Assembly (NCBI GenBank): GCA_010909165.1
Contig: MU008158.1
Coordinates: forward strand, 1,203,478-1,267,477
Origin: Anthoceros angustus
Lineage: Eukaryota > Plantae > Anthocerotophyta
DNA length: 64,000 nt
Direction of reading: 5' to 3'
Shown here: one piece after another, positions 11,557 to 25,700 of the stretch
Position numbering within the stretch: position 1 is the stretch's first letter
How the letters are laid out: every line of letters begins with the position of its first letter
Notes under the pieces: generated by a model
The model's input: only the letters and a program-made list of their open reading frames with translations
What the model was told of the DNA's origin: nothing
Database searches by the model: none
Program-made: the position numbers and the translations under genes

Positions 11557-13655
11557 TTCATCATCTCTCCTCCCTCAATAATGTTTTCTTTCATATGGCG
11601 CCGTCGCTCATAACAACGCACTATCTTTCCTTCCATGTGGCGCCGTCGCTCATAACAACGCACTATCTTTCCTTCCATGCCCTGATATGTATAAGCAAAT
11701 GATTCTAACTATATTAGTCCTCATTATAAAATATATAATAAAAATATATTCTAATCTCTAGTGACATCATCAATCGTCAATTCTCTACGACATTTCATCC
11801 CTATTTCTACATGAAGAGAAGTCATCAAAATCAAAAACAACTTTGCCTGTCCATGATGGTTCCTCAAAGCCGCTCGGATTGCCTACCAAAGGCTATCTAT
11901 CACTAAAAGCCATTCTGGTAGCCGACCACCAAAGACTATCTACCTTCAAAGGCAGTTTAATGGCCTTCCAAGGACTTCAGGAATGGAGGACTCCCTACAC
12001 ATGCTAGTTGCATAAGCAAAAGACTGAATACTGAAAGAAGTCTCACGCCTCAAGATCTCTGGAGGACTCCCTACACATGCTAGTTGCCTAAGCAAAAGAC
12101 TGACTAAATCGAAAGAAGTCTCGCGCCTGTGTCTCCTAGTATCCCTCACAAGAGTTCTGACTAGTGAAAGAAGTCTCGCCTCGGTCTCCTAGTATCCCTC
12201 ACAAGAGTTATAGCTAGGAGACTTTGCAGACATGGATAGGAGACTTGGGGACGCCTCACCAAGATCCCGGAGTATCCCTCACATGACTATAGCTAGGAGG
12301 CATTGGAACACATGCAAATGGCACTTGAGACGCGGACGACTCGCATAGGAGACTCGGGAAATACATCTAAGACGTACTACTTGCACCGTGACTTAGGAAG
12401 TACAAAATATTTGACTCACACGAAAGCTAGGAGACTTCAAGAGAATTGGGGACTCGTAAGTATACAACTTGCACAAGGAGACTCGGCATACATGATGAAA
12501 GCTCCGGTGGCACACATATGTAGCCTTTTGCTGCGCAAATCCCGATAACATAATTCATGCGAGAATGCAAAGGACACGCGCGTCATCTTGAGATTATTCC
12601 TTCATCATCTCCTCCCTCAATAATGTTTTCTTTCATATGGCGCCGTCGCTCATAACAACGCACTATCTTTCCTTCCATGTGGCGCCGTCGCTCATAACAA
12701 CGCACTATCTTTCCTTCCATGCCCTGATATGTATAAGCAAATGATTCTAACTATATTAGTCCTCATTATAAAATATATAATAAAATATATTCTAATCTCT
12801 AGTGACATCATCAATCGTCAATTCTCTACGACATTTCATCCCTATTTCTACATGAAGAGAAGTCATCAAAATCAAAAACAACTTTGCCTGTCCATGATGG
12901 TTCCTCAAAGCCGCTCGGATTGCCTACCAAAGGCTATCTATCACTAAAAGCCATTACGGTAGCCGACCACCAAAGACTATCTACCTTCAAAGGCGGTTTA
13001 ATGGCCTTCCAAGGACTTGAATGGAGGACTCCTACACATGCTAGTTGCATAAGCAAAAGACTGAATACTGAAAGAAGTCTCACGCCTCAAGATCTCTGGA
13101 GGACTCCCTACACATGCTAGTTGCCTAAGCAAAAGACTGACTAAATACTGAAAGAAGTCTCGCGCCTCCAGGTCTCCTAGTATCCCTCACAAGAGTTACA
13201 GCTAGTGAAAGAAGTCTCGCGCCTCCAGGTCTCCTAGTATCCCTCACAAGAGTTATAGCTAGGAGACTTTGCAGGACATGGATAGGAGACTTCGGGACGT
13301 CTCGCGCCTGAAGATCCCGGAGTATCCCTCACAACAGCTATAGCTAGGAGGCATTGGAACACATGCAAATGGCACTTCGAGACGCGGACGACTCGCATAG
13401 GAGACTCGGGAAATACATCTAAGACGTACTACTTGCACACGTGACTTAGGAAGTACAAAATATTTGACTCACACGAAAGCTAGGAGACTTCAAGAGAATT
13501 GGGGACTCGTAAGTATACAACTTGCACAAGGAGACTCCGGCATACATGATATGAAAGCTCCTGGTGGCACACATATGTAGCCTTTTGCTGCGCAAATCCC
13601 GATAACATAATTCATGCGAGAATGCAAAGGACACGCGTCATCTTGAGATTATTCC
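11557..13655. repeat. Tandem duplication of a ~1.05-kb repetitive unit (11557-12600 / 12601-13655)
   Basis: Colinear near-identical copies differing mostly by small indels; internal sub-repeats such as GGAGGACTCCCTACACATGCTAGTTGC and GGCGCCGTCGCTCATAACAACGCAC. Confidence 0.9.
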
Positions 13656-15404
13656 GTCATCATATTTGAGCTCAGAGGACTTGCGTCATATTGAGATTAT
13701 TCCTTCATCATATTTGAGCCCGGAGGACACGCGTCATCTTGAGATTATTTCAAGGATAACTTCCTTACTATAAAGATATAGAGGACACGCGTCGGCCCTA
13801 GATTATTTCTTCATCATGTTAGATAAATAGAGCACGTGTTCGTCAAAGATTATTCCTCCCTCTATGGAGAAGTTAGATGATAGAAAATTAAATGTAGCGT
13901 TTCCAAGCACTGAGGACTAGATTAGGTGCCCAAGTTATGGTAGGAGCCTAGAGTAAAATAACTTTCCTTTAAATATGGAGAACTGGAAAAGTAAATTATT
14001 AAGTACAAAAATCTGCATTTTTTATTCAGCATAATACTTGTTTCTCTAGTTATGGAGGGAGCCGAAGTTTAACTAGAGGAGCCTAGGGTTGAACTAGTTT
14101 TTCATTCATATGTGGAAGACTCACGAGGTACATTATCTTACCTTTTCTTTACTTTTTCGTGACAACATGAGGATTTCACGTTTTTTTAGTAAAAATGATT
14201 TCACGTTTTTTTAGTAAAAATGTTTTCACGTTTTATTTGCTATTCGGTCCTAAAGTTTTTTATAGTAAATTATTTAAATGGATGCGAAAGAGCACTAAAA
14301 AAAGCTATTCAAATGGATATATGTGTATGGCACTAAAAAAAGCTATTTAAATGGATATATGTGTATGTTGTTTCAACTTAAAAAAACGATTGTATACAAA
14401 ATTTCTTAAGAACTTATACAGTAATGAATGGAAACTTCTAAGAAGTCTTAAGAGAGCCTTGTCCGATCACTATTACAATAAGAGATCACTACTACAATAG
14501 GAGATCACCTATCCTGATTGTCCTTGCCCCTTGTATATCGGCTTATCTATGAGTAAAGTATTTAGGACCCTGCTTAAAGGCCATTCGCGACTCTCTAGAG
14601 ACATATATGATCTCTGATTTGTGAAGCTCTTCGAGGCCTCTATTTTTCGAGGCCCCTATTGTAAGCCTTTCAAAGCAACTTCCGTCGCATCACTACCGGC
14701 ATGGGGGTAACCTCGGAAAATATTAACAGTAACCTCTGCTTGATAATGCGGAATAAGGATGCTCTGTGCTCCATATTGCGGAGCAGGGATCAGATGTGAC
14801 CATTCAATATGATCAAGTTTCTTTCATTAGCTTCCAAAAACTAATGCATCGTTTCTCCAATCTTGTCACCAACCAATCAACCAATAATGACATCTTAATA
14901 GTCTAACACGTATAGTCATAAATCCTCCTTATCTACTCGGTATAAGTTGTGGTAGTGAGAAAAAAATTTTGTTGTCAAATCTCTTATAAACTAGGGACGT
15001 GACATGCTCACCACATTGGTTGAAACGTTGGTCTTATTCTTTTGTTATTTTCTCATATATTATCATGTATTTTTCTCAAGATTCTTTATCCATCCCCACT
15101 ATGTCCATGCTATTCCACCAAGAAGGGCCAAAGTTTTTTCCATGTTTTTTTGGATTGATATTGGCCCTCTCATGGTTGTCACATTTGAGTGACTCACAAG
15201 AGTGCCGCAACATACACCCACACCTTTCAAGACACAAGGAACATTATTTCCAAAAAATTATGATTTTTTATTCAAAAAAAGAACAGCAAGACCATCTTAC
15301 CAACATGATACGATACACATTGTTTTTTAAAAGTTTCTTAAACTTATACATGCCTAATTTTTACTTAGTTTCTAAAAACTGACCCTAAATTTTCAAAATC
15401 GGGG

Positions 15405-16655
15405 CAACTGTGGCAAGAGTTAGTGCGTTGAAATTGTGTCGTACGAAGCTGGATGCAAGATGTAGGTACTTGGTCAGCTATTATTAGTCATGTTCGGTTA
15501 AAATAATTCATGGTCAAGGTAAGTTTCTTCCCCATTTCGTTGCTGTGAATAGTGAATTCAAGAAATTTTCTTTTCTAAAATATAAGGAACAAAGAGGATT
15601 GAAATTGCAATATAGCACATTGAACATACAAGCCATTCTTGGACTCCTTAAATAGAGGAGCCTCAGCAAGAATTGTGAATTGTGATAATTCCTCCTTAAT
15701 TACTCGTAGACAAAACCTATACACACACCGTTTATTTGAAGTATTAGGGAACGAACTCGTGGAGGGGCGTCACGGCCGAGAACGGTCGAGGTCGTTAGGC
15801 CGAGACCGTTTTAGGTCAGGCGCCCAACGCGCATCCATTCCTAAGCGTGGCGGCGGCCGAGTCTCAATGAGATGCGCCAATACTCGACGCAGAGGCGGAG
15901 CCGAGGTCTGTTAGAAATTTAAGATTTGCTGCTAGGTGTACCCGGCTTATAGTTCTTTTTTCTCTTGCGAAAATGAAAGCATATGCTGGACATTTACTCT
16001 CTCTTCTTTTTGCCCTATCCATTCCGCAAAAAATCGATTGGGCGCGTCGAGGCCTCAGCCGAGGCCGCGACTTTACGTTTCTAAAAGCGTGCCTGAATTA
16101 TTAATACAGGTACTCATCCGGGTCTCAAACCAAAAATTGATATCTCAAACTTGTCTAGCTACTACAGTGACACAAGACACGATTCAAGGTAAATAGCTTC
16201 CCCAGTTTATTTGGAAGAACCTAATTCCAAATAAACAGATATGTAACTATAAGCTTAGTTATGTTTGTAATTCTTCAATTCACTAGAGAACGGTCGGCTA
16301 TGGATCTAGCGTCTATTGATGTTTTTAGTATGTTAAATTGATAATATTTAGGAGATCGGGATCTCGAGTTTGAAGCAGCCTAGGTGTTCTTCAAAAGACA
16401 AGTTTGAAAGAGGGACAAAAAAAAAAAACAAATATGCAGCTGTGGCAAAAGTTAGTGCGCAGAAACTGCATCGTATAAAGCCAAGTGCAAGGCATGGAAC
16501 ATTGACCCCAATCAGTTTAGAAAATTCATGTTCAATTAGAATAATTCATGGTTTAAGGTAAGTTTTCTTCCCATTTTGTTGTCGAGTGGAGTCAATTCAA
16601 GGAACTGTTTTTCTAAAATATAAGATATAAATTGCAATGTAAAACATGGAACATA
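15405..16655 (+). repeat. Two diverged direct copies (~15405-15630, ~16438-16655) of a ~220-bp repeat
   Basis: Shared CTGTGGCAA(G/A)AGTTAGTGCG..GAAA.TG..TCGTA...AATAATTCATGGT..AAGGTAAGTTT..CTTCCCATTT...TTCTAAAATATAAG. Confidence 0.7.
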
Positions 16656-17839
16656 TGATGGAAGATGACATTACTTGGGATCTCGGCAATTAATGGATTC
16701 CATGGAATCGTTAGTTTTGAAGGCGGGCTGTCTGAAGTGGATGCTTTACTTTGCACCTATCATACTCTTACTTAACACCACACAGTCTGGTGATTGGCAT
16801 GGTGTCATTGTTTCTCGAAATTGGAACTTTTTTTTTGTTGAGATAGAAAGCTCAATTTCGAACTTTTTTTTGTTGAGATGAAAGCTCAATTTCAAGCTTT
16901 TCTTTGTTGAGATGAAAGCTTTTTAGGTTATTATGGATATCGTGAAATTGAAGGCTACTGTTCTGGTACATGTTGGGTCTCTTGATCCTATATGGCTTGA
17001 TGAATTACGGCCTTTGATTCAGCACTCATTCTTAGATTTTTAGTTTTTGGGGGTTTCGGGTTCACAAGGTTGGAGGCCTTAGAGTTGTTGGAATGGTTGT
17101 AGATTGCTCCTTTGCCTACTGCTCAAAGAACTATATTTTGCGATAAGTTTTTTTAGCGATTTCGAAGACTTTACGGATGTATCAAATTTGGTGCACATCA
17201 AAGCCCTGCACAAGGGTTTTATTTAGAAGGAGCCCCATGGGGCTCTTACAAAAGGCGGCCTCACACACTGCTGGGACGAGGGCAGGACTTCGCATACTGC
17301 GGGGACGAGGGCAAGACTTCATTCAGAAGTAACCACATAGGGCACTAACAACAAGTGACCCCGTACAGTCATGAAACAGGGGATAGATAGCACCCCATCC
17401 TGTGACTAATTGGTCCAAAGGACACTAATTTGGAGGTCATTCCTTTTTTAAATAAAAAGGGGGGACGTTTGGGATAACTTGGTTCTCTTGGTGTGGTGGC
17501 TGGGGGACCGTGTTCCGTGGGAACGCTTGGTTGCTTTTGTGTCGACCGCTATGCGTTTCCTGCTGGCTCTTAGAAAACGATTTTTGAACTCGGAGGATGT
17601 GTAGTGGTTCTTCTGTTCTTCTGGTGAAGTTTTTTTTTGCGTCTGGGCTTCTATGGGGTCGTTAACGGCTATCAGAGTTGAATAAGCTCGAGTCTACTTT
17701 AACTCAAAGTGAACTCGTTCTACTAAAATATGTCCGTTTTGGGCTATTTCGTTTTCCGATCATGTGAATGTAGCTATGCGGAGAGTTCAGCCTGTCCATG
17801 TTGAATGAGGAGTATTATCATATATATATATTTTATTTT

Positions 17840-17946
17840 GGAGAAGTCAAACTGGTAGTATGGAGAAGGCAAACTGGTAGTATGGAGAAGGCAAAGTGGT
17901 AGTATGGAGAAGGCAAAGTGGTAGTATGGAGAAGCCCAAGTGGTAG
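17840..17946. repeat. Minisatellite, about 5 x 22 bp (GGAGAAGGCAAA[C/G]TGGTAGTAT)
   Basis: Directly visible tandem copies. Confidence 0.9.
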
Positions 17947-19719
17947 GCACGTAACATGTATGGATATAGGAGAACGATGCGTGAGTATTTACCTAGTATT
18001 TTTCAACGTGATATTTTTTAATGGGTGACGAGTTTGTTATGCACATAGCTTCTACCGATGTGGGCAGAGTAGGTGGACGCTGAGATGGATTCAAACGAGA
18101 GGCTGGCGGTCGGAAAGCAGCAGCAGGTAAACATTGCTGTCTAATTCGGACGGTCGTAAGTCTGGTTATATTTTGCGTTTGCCGTGAGATGTTCCAGGTT
18201 GCTGTGCTTTCCTTCCCTTGTGTGGCTCGGTGGCTGGAAGTGGTGTCGCGGGCCTGCCTCGCGTCGCGCTTGTGTCTTCCTGCTCCTCCTTGGCTCTTCT
18301 CTTGCCTGCTCTGCTTATTTGCGTCTTCCGGCTACCTACCTGCAGGGAGTGTGACGCGTGCTGGGACATGCCGGGGCATCCATCGTCGGGATTCAGACTG
18401 CTCTGCTCTCCTCTGTTGCGCTGCGCTGCCTTGGCCTTGCCTTGCGTGCTCTGGAGGTGAAGGCGAAGTTGAAGCTCCGTGCGTGTGTGTTGGTGTGTGT
18501 TGGTGTGTGCTGGTGTCCCCGTCTCCGTCCCCGTCCCTCCTCTCCTCGACTCCCTTCCCTCGCCCGCACATCGAAGGAAGGCCCCGGCCCCGGCCCCGGC
18601 CCCCTCGCCCGCCTCTGCCTCCACAATTCGTTTGCCGTTGTTCTTTTTTCCCCCATTACCGCACGCTGCCAGCACGCTGCAGCGGGCGCTGCTGCTGCAG
18701 CTGCCCGGGGGGCATTGCCCGCAGCGGGCACGCCCGCCCCGCTGCTCAGGTGAGGTGGAGTGAGCACCCGGATTGTGGCCTGGCCAGGAGTGAGTGAGAG
18801 AGCGGAGCTTTGGAGATTGAGCAGTTGCCAGCGCCCGGATCCTAGGCCGCCAATTCTGCAAGAAACGCCCCGCCCCCGCATTGGACATGCGGATGTGAGC
18901 GCAGGATGGCACCACTCCGCGCGCGGCCCACTGCCAGTGCCAGATTCCGCGGGCCAAGCTAAGCGCCTCCAAAGAAGGCGTGGGATTGCGGCACCGGCAG
19001 CTTGCGAGTTAGGACTGGCACGGGCTGCCCCCTCCCGGGCTTTAGTAGCTGCCAGCACATTGCTCATTCCGCCTCCAAATTTGTGCAACATTCCTCGGCT
19101 GTGGCTGGATGGCGTCCCTCCCCTCAGGTAGGTGGCCAAGCTTGCATTGCTGCTGCTTTGCAAATTTCACTTCCCTCTCCCCCTCCCTCTGCTGCCTTGC
19201 CTTGCTTGCTTGCTTGCTTCTCTTTCTTTCCCGCCCCGCCTGCATCGCTTCCGCGATTCGCCTCTGACAGTTAGTTCCGTCTCCCTCCTTGCTTGCCTGG
19301 GGGAAGCTGATCATCGTAGGCTGCACGGATTTCTGGTGTCCTTCACCGATCGCTTCTATCTTGCCTGCCTGCCTGAGCGTCCTGTCAGGTGCTCCCAGTC
19401 CAAGTACTGTGCATGGGCTAACCACGATCGGGGGCTTATGGCGCAGGAATGGGGTCTTAGGCGTTACCGCCTACTGAGTACCTAGGTGGCTTCCCGGGGC
19501 GGAGTTGGCCTTTTGGGGCATGGCTGCTGCAACTGCACTAGAGGCGGTACGTACTCTTCACCCACCCCATCGTCGTTTCCAACCATGTCGCTGCGTGGAT
19601 TTGTGCGTGACGGATTCATCTTCCTCTTTTTCCATGTTCTCGCACCCAGTGTCCACTCCAATTCCAGTCAACTATTCTGTGCCTCTCGTGATATTTTTTT
19701 TGCAGGATGAAGTTTTCAG

Positions 19720-21697
19720 ATGGCCTCAAACTCTGGCTTTTGGGCACCAACTACAATTGTAGGAATGCCATACTTTTGCTGCTTGACCATGATTCCTCAC
19801 AATTGTAGCGATCTGCCTTGATCACACCTTCTTGTCACCGTCAACCTGTCTGCATGCTTGGTCTAGTAGTTTCTTCTCCTGGTTCTCTGTAGGCTTCCTG
19901 CCTGCCCATGGCTAGCCTAGGGCTACCCTCACTTAAAACCCCTCACACCATTCTTGTACACGATAACATTTCGCTGATGACTTGTCGCCCTTTTCGAATG
20001 TTGTTTGCAGTCCGCAGGAACACGCAGAGCAGTTGTCAGGAGTGAACGTTTTATGGAATGGCAGCGTGAACTGAGCAGGTAGTCGTTTGACTGGGACCGC
20101 TCAACGTTGTAATTTCTAGGTCCCGCTCCACGTGCTGGAAGCTATCTAACCATCACCTCTGAATACTGCATTGGTTTCGTGCTTCATCTAGCTCTCGTGC
20201 AACTTATGGGGGTCGCAAGCGTCATGATGATGCTGATGCCGTTGAGAATGCTGGCATCAAGAAATTCTATGGCAAAAGGTAGTATGTTTAACGACTGCCA
20301 CGGTTTTTCATTGGATGTTGTTGGCATCAGATATGGTGTATAGCAAATTTGGCATTTCCAGGCATTCAGAATTGCTGAGACCATATCCTCTTTGTCACAT
20401 TTCCAAAGGCACTCCAGTGATGAGGACGGTGTAAAGCTTCAAAGGCAGGAAGGGTCAGAGGAGCGTAATGGGGATGGCAATGAGCCTGTAACAGATTCGC
20501 AGGCTACAGAGGGAACCGGGGTGAATTCAAGGCCCCGAGTTAAAAAACAGCAGCACCAGCGGCAGAGGACAGATCCGAAAAAGCAGGGTAGGAAGGAAAG
20601 TGACGCTGATCAGAAAAAGGTTTCTCAGAGCAAGGATTCTGCTGCTCCTGCAGACGGAGGAAGGATGAGGAGGTGTAAACAGCAGGCTGCACAGCCATCC
20701 CAAACAGCTCATCCTCGACGTCAGCAACAGGCACAGCAACATGACCCTGAATCACAGCAGCAGACAAGCCTGACTCAACCCACGGGAAGGAGGAGGCAAA
20801 GGCGGGTTCCAAGGACATTCACTCCTCCAAAGGAAGAGGCTGAGAGGGAGTTGAGATCCTTGACTAGGTACCGGCGTTGGACTCCTCAGATAGATTGCAA
20901 CAGTGTCATGCATACTAGTTCAATCCGAGCTTGACACAGTCAGTTTCTCCTGCATTAGGGGATCCAGTATAGATGCAGATGGGTTGATTTGAGTTGCTAG
21001 TGTGTAGATTTTTGTCCTCTGATTCATCTGATTCCTGACTTGGCACTCATGACATGCATGAGTTGAAAAAGGTTTTGCTCGAAGGGCTGAATGCACAGGC
21101 TAAATGATGTGCTCACTATGTAGGCGGAAGAATGCTGACTCTCTTACTTGTCGTCTTGACATTGTGACAAATCTGAATAGGAACCGAGGGAGTGAGACTC
21201 CACCTCAGCCACCTGCAGCACCAGCTAGCAAGGCCACAAAGAGGTCCAAGCGTGTTGCTCAAAGACTGGCACATGAGGAGCCAACATGCACTCCTCCTTT
21301 GAAGCTGCCCAAGCTCCATTTGGTGCTTACTCGGAAGGAAATTCAAGAAGACTGGCTGAAAATAACCGGACACAAGTATACCGGGAAGCCAAAGAAGTCG
21401 ACTCTCATTCAACGTGTAAGTGCATGCATTTGGACTCTGTAGCTATTGTTGCATATGTTTTTTGTTCTCAAAGGTGCGACCTACATGCTTGGGTGATTCG
21501 CAGGCATCCTCTGCTCACACACCGAATGGTGTTCTTTGTGCAGGGGCTTGGCTTGTGCACTTCACTGACATGCCCTTCAACCATCCGCTACCTCAATGAG
21601 CCTCAATGTAAGTGCAGCCTCAGCTACGAGGATGCTGACTGACATGCGCCCAGAAGGATTCACTTATGCTGACCTGTTTGATTATGTGTTGCCAGGA
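19720..21697 (+). CDS. DUF1639-like plant protein, 6 coding exons (19720-19758, 20011-20078, 20409-20867, 21124-21415, 21544-21607, 21696-21697)
   Basis: C-terminal PKLHLVLTRKEIQEDWLKITGHKYTGKPKK resembles the DUF1639 'L(S/T)..EI.ED...(M/I)TG.KP..(R/K)PKK' motif. All junctions are GT-AG and phase-consistent. Confidence 0.7.
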
Positions 21698-22765
21698 TTG
21701 GCGTCGGAGAGCAGTGGTATGCTGTCCATTGTTTTCCAACTTTTTGGTGCAAAGAGCAATCCATTCTTTGCTTCTACACTGCTGGAGCTCCAAAACCAGG
21801 GGAGCATACAGAGCTGGAATCAGACACGCATGCATTAGAGCGGTTGGTCTTATTGTAAGAAGTAGCTGTCAAGTAGTTGTTATGGTCTGTTTTACAGTCA
21901 TTCAGGTTTTTATCTGGTAGCCTCTGAATTGTATGACGGAAAGATGGGCTTAGACTGAAGGACAGGGTGAACCGTCCAAGCATCGAAGTCTGCGAAGACT
22001 ATTATTTGGATGGTTTTCTCACTGCCTAGCCTGATGTGAAACCTAATCGGTTTCGGCATCCTTGCTCTGGTACCGTACTTGGTTCGCAACTGGCACCGAG
22101 TTCCTGGGCTGAGAGACCACCAGAGGCGATCGAAGTTTCACCTATTCGGTATTCTCTCTTGTCAGTTGAGAATGTACTTTATGTTTGAAATAAAGAACTG
22201 TAGGCACACAGAGTAGGAGCTGTAAAAGAACACTCTGTGAGAAACAGCAAGAACATTGTATCGGTTCCTTGTACGTCGCAGCGTGGCCCTTGTGGCGCCA
22301 TATGGGTAGGTATCCGGTTCCATCGCACGCGGCACCATACCTGTCGTTTGAAAGCTTTTTCCCTCGTAAATGATCATGTCAGCCTTCAAGTAGGTCGGCA
22401 TGAGCTGTGAGATGTGAGATTGCTTCGCTTTGAAGCTCACATACCATCCTTGGATTGTGCCTGCGCGGGGTGTTCGAGAAGCAGTACGCAATCCCCAACG
22501 GGCCAGCATTTGTTTATCGTGTATCGTCCAATGCGAAACTCAGGATGCTGTGATCCAAGAATCTTTTCTGACAAAAGGACAGTTGTGGTGGACCCTTGGG
22601 AAGAATCAGATGACTTGTGTTGTTTAACGAAGGCGGAATCATCAGGCATGGAGTTGCTGACAGTTCTGCACATCCAGCAGACCTTGTGGCCTTCCCACAC
22701 CCACGTTTTGAGATGTAGAATCCGAGATCTTGCATGCTTTTGACGCGCACCAATGGACCATGCTC

Positions 22766-25700
22766 TCAGGTTAGAGCGAGTACTTGAGACACTGAAGACG
22801 GGTCAGGTTTCTGAGTTTCCTTCCAAACAACTTGAACTGTGAACCTGTCGAACTTCCCTTGAGCTGGAAAATAGCCAGTCATAACCTTCCTTCCTCCGTA
22901 GAGACGTCCATGCAAGGAGGTGGCTGCTACCAGCGTATATTCCTCCCGGCCGTACTCCACGTAAATTTGGCCCCAGTTTCTGGGAAAATTGTCGGTCACC
23001 TTCCTTTTAGTGCTTGCTTGTTGGCTGGAGTCCGTCCCATCTACGGCCTCACAGATACTTGCTGTTCCGTTTGATCCGTCTTCCGTCGGCTGGTTCTCTG
23101 TTAAGATTTGAAGCTCAGGTCGACGTCCTAACGGGTAGTTGTTTCACGAAATTTACTGGAGTGTGAAGGCTCATTACCTGTTATGCCAGAGGGCACTTTG
23201 GGCCTGATGATATGCATGGCTTTGATAGTGCCAAACCTGCCAAATGGGAAGCATGCAGAAATGTAAGGGAGGAGCGCAGAGGGGAACGGCCCTGGGTGAC
23301 GGGAGACTAGGAAGCTGGGTCCTGAGCACCGCAGTACCTTGAACACTCTATCTTGATGTCGTCTATGTACTCAGCTACTTCCTCTTCTGACATGGACAAG
23401 AATTCCTCCTGTGACACCTAAAAGTTCCCGCAGCACAATCCCCACCACAGCAACCGCTCACTAATCACACAGAACTTCTGTTTCTCTCAGATTCTGGAGC
23501 AGAAAGTTGAGACAAACCAGGTTATGAAGTTCTAGAACGCGAGTCGGCGGTTCCAAAAGAGGAACAGCAGTTTCTGGTATGCCGTAGAATGGAGTGGCTC
23601 CTGACTGCGATGGCCACGTTTCACCTTGGTTATCTTCAGCAAGGGAGTTACTTGCTAGCTAAGACGTCAAGAAAGCAGAAAACTTAGCCGAAACCTGGGA
23701 CAGGACGTCGGGAGTTGCTTGGACACATGTCAGCGGATTGTTGGCAAGGCGTAATCCATTCAGGCCTGCACATGCTTTCAGAGTGACATCTGGATCCAGA
23801 TACTGGGGCCAGGGTTACAGTACACTCGTAAGATTCCTCCGAAAGCATACATTCATAGAGGACCAAAACGAAAACCAGTGTCGTCCAACTCACTTCTAGG
23901 ACTTACAAGCTTGAAAACACCCAAAGAGACAGATACTTGTGAGTTTTCTGTGCGAGTTCGTGCTTTGTATCCTATCCCCCAAACTGCAGGGAAGAAGAGG
24001 TGAAAAACTTGCCTCAAAATAAAGGTATCTCTTAGGTGGGAATTGGGTTAATACAACTTCGCAGTGAAATGCTTTCAGCTGTCCGAATGACGTGACGATT
24101 TCTTTAACCTGGAATGGGAACCAATTCCAGGATCAAACCTCGGACAATTCTCCAGTGCTGCAGTAGGAAGCTGACACCAATATCAAAGTTCTGGAAGTGC
24201 TCACAGCGGTTACCTTTTCTGGTGATAGCGACGAGGCTATGCCTCCTAGGAATATCTGTAATCAGGAAAACACAGGTATAGGGAAATAAGAAAGTAGCAC
24301 TAGCCCTGGAACCTGTGCTGGATGCTTTCACTGCAGAATGCTTTCATTTCTCCACAATTCACAAGATGACCATTTGGAGGCTTTTGTTTTGAGTTACAGT
24401 TCAAAAACACAATTGCAGGCCACAACCAAACAACAACCTTGCGAGGAGAGTCCGGCACCACGCTGGATACGAGGTTAGGAGCAGCGATGGTGGGAAGATT
24501 CTGTACCAAAAACAGCTCTGTTAGGCAGGAGACGTTGCAAGGTTTGACCAGCCAAATCACTAAAGCAAGTCGTTACAAATATCCTAAGAAACCTAGACAG
24601 TTAGTCAATATTATCCTAGACAATTCCGCATCAGAAAGCAGACGACTGGTGCAGAAGTCTACCACAGGGTGCACATAGTCTTTTGGCCTCCTGAGCTTCA
24701 CAACTGTTCCATGCAACATAACACCATCAAATGCGAGAGCAGCAGTAGTATCCTCAGGCGAAATGAATTCAGCAAAAGCATAGTTCTTCTCAGGATGGAC
24801 CTGTCCAAAAAATCAGACAAGGAGGCACCTAAGCAATATATGATCAGCTCCAGAACTATCAAACAGAAAAGACAACCCCATTAGTGCCCCACACAAGCAG
24901 GGATGGAGAACTCGACCATCTGTGTCTTACTGTGCAGCTGATACAGGGCTTAGTTCCCGGTATACTGTTGATGTTGGCAGACAGCAGAGCTGCGTTCATA
25001 AACTCCAGAAACTCGCCATCCGACACAGTGGATGGCACGTTCCCAGCATACAGCCTCCTGATGGATCGAGTGGCTTGAGTCAGAGTTAAAGACACCACCG
25101 GAACCATGAGTTGCTGCTGGAGAGCTGTGACTACCAAGGGATTGGCAGCTCCGAAAGGGGTACTGGGGAGAGGCACGGAAACCCCAGCAGGTGCATTCTG
25201 CACAGCACCACCTTGCTGAGCCTGTTGAGTAAGAGCTGCATCACCTACAAGCGGGGGCAGGTCCCAAGCTCGAGGTTTCTTCCTTTCGGGAGATCTCGTG
25301 GGCGGGGAGGGTGTGCTTGTAACATCTCTGGACCTACGCCGCCTCGGGGAGTACCCACCGAGCCCGCTTGAGCCTCCTCCATACTTATGATACCGTGATT
25401 CGTCTTCTTCCTCTCGGCTCTCGCTTCTGCGTGAATGGGATTGCACTTTGTCGAACCTCTTCCTGCGAGGAAGAGGGAACTCCAAGCCTTGCTCATCCTC
25501 GTATCTTCGACCATGAGGTCTCTCCGACCAACTGAATCTATACGACCTCCCTCTTGCACCATAGCCCAATCTCCCTCTCCGTCCATACCCGTCATGCCAT
25601 CGAGGTGACCAGTCATATGATCTTCCAGAGTACTTGTCGTAGCGTCCATAGACAAAATTGTGCATCCCTCTGTCCCAATACCTCCGTGGACGATGGAAGC

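Noticed and set aside
18166-19485. Many long overlapping ORFs on both strands (up to 268 aa)
   Set aside because: GC-rich simple-repeat sequence with few stops and no recognisable domain; best explained as the promoter/leader of the DUF1639-like gene.
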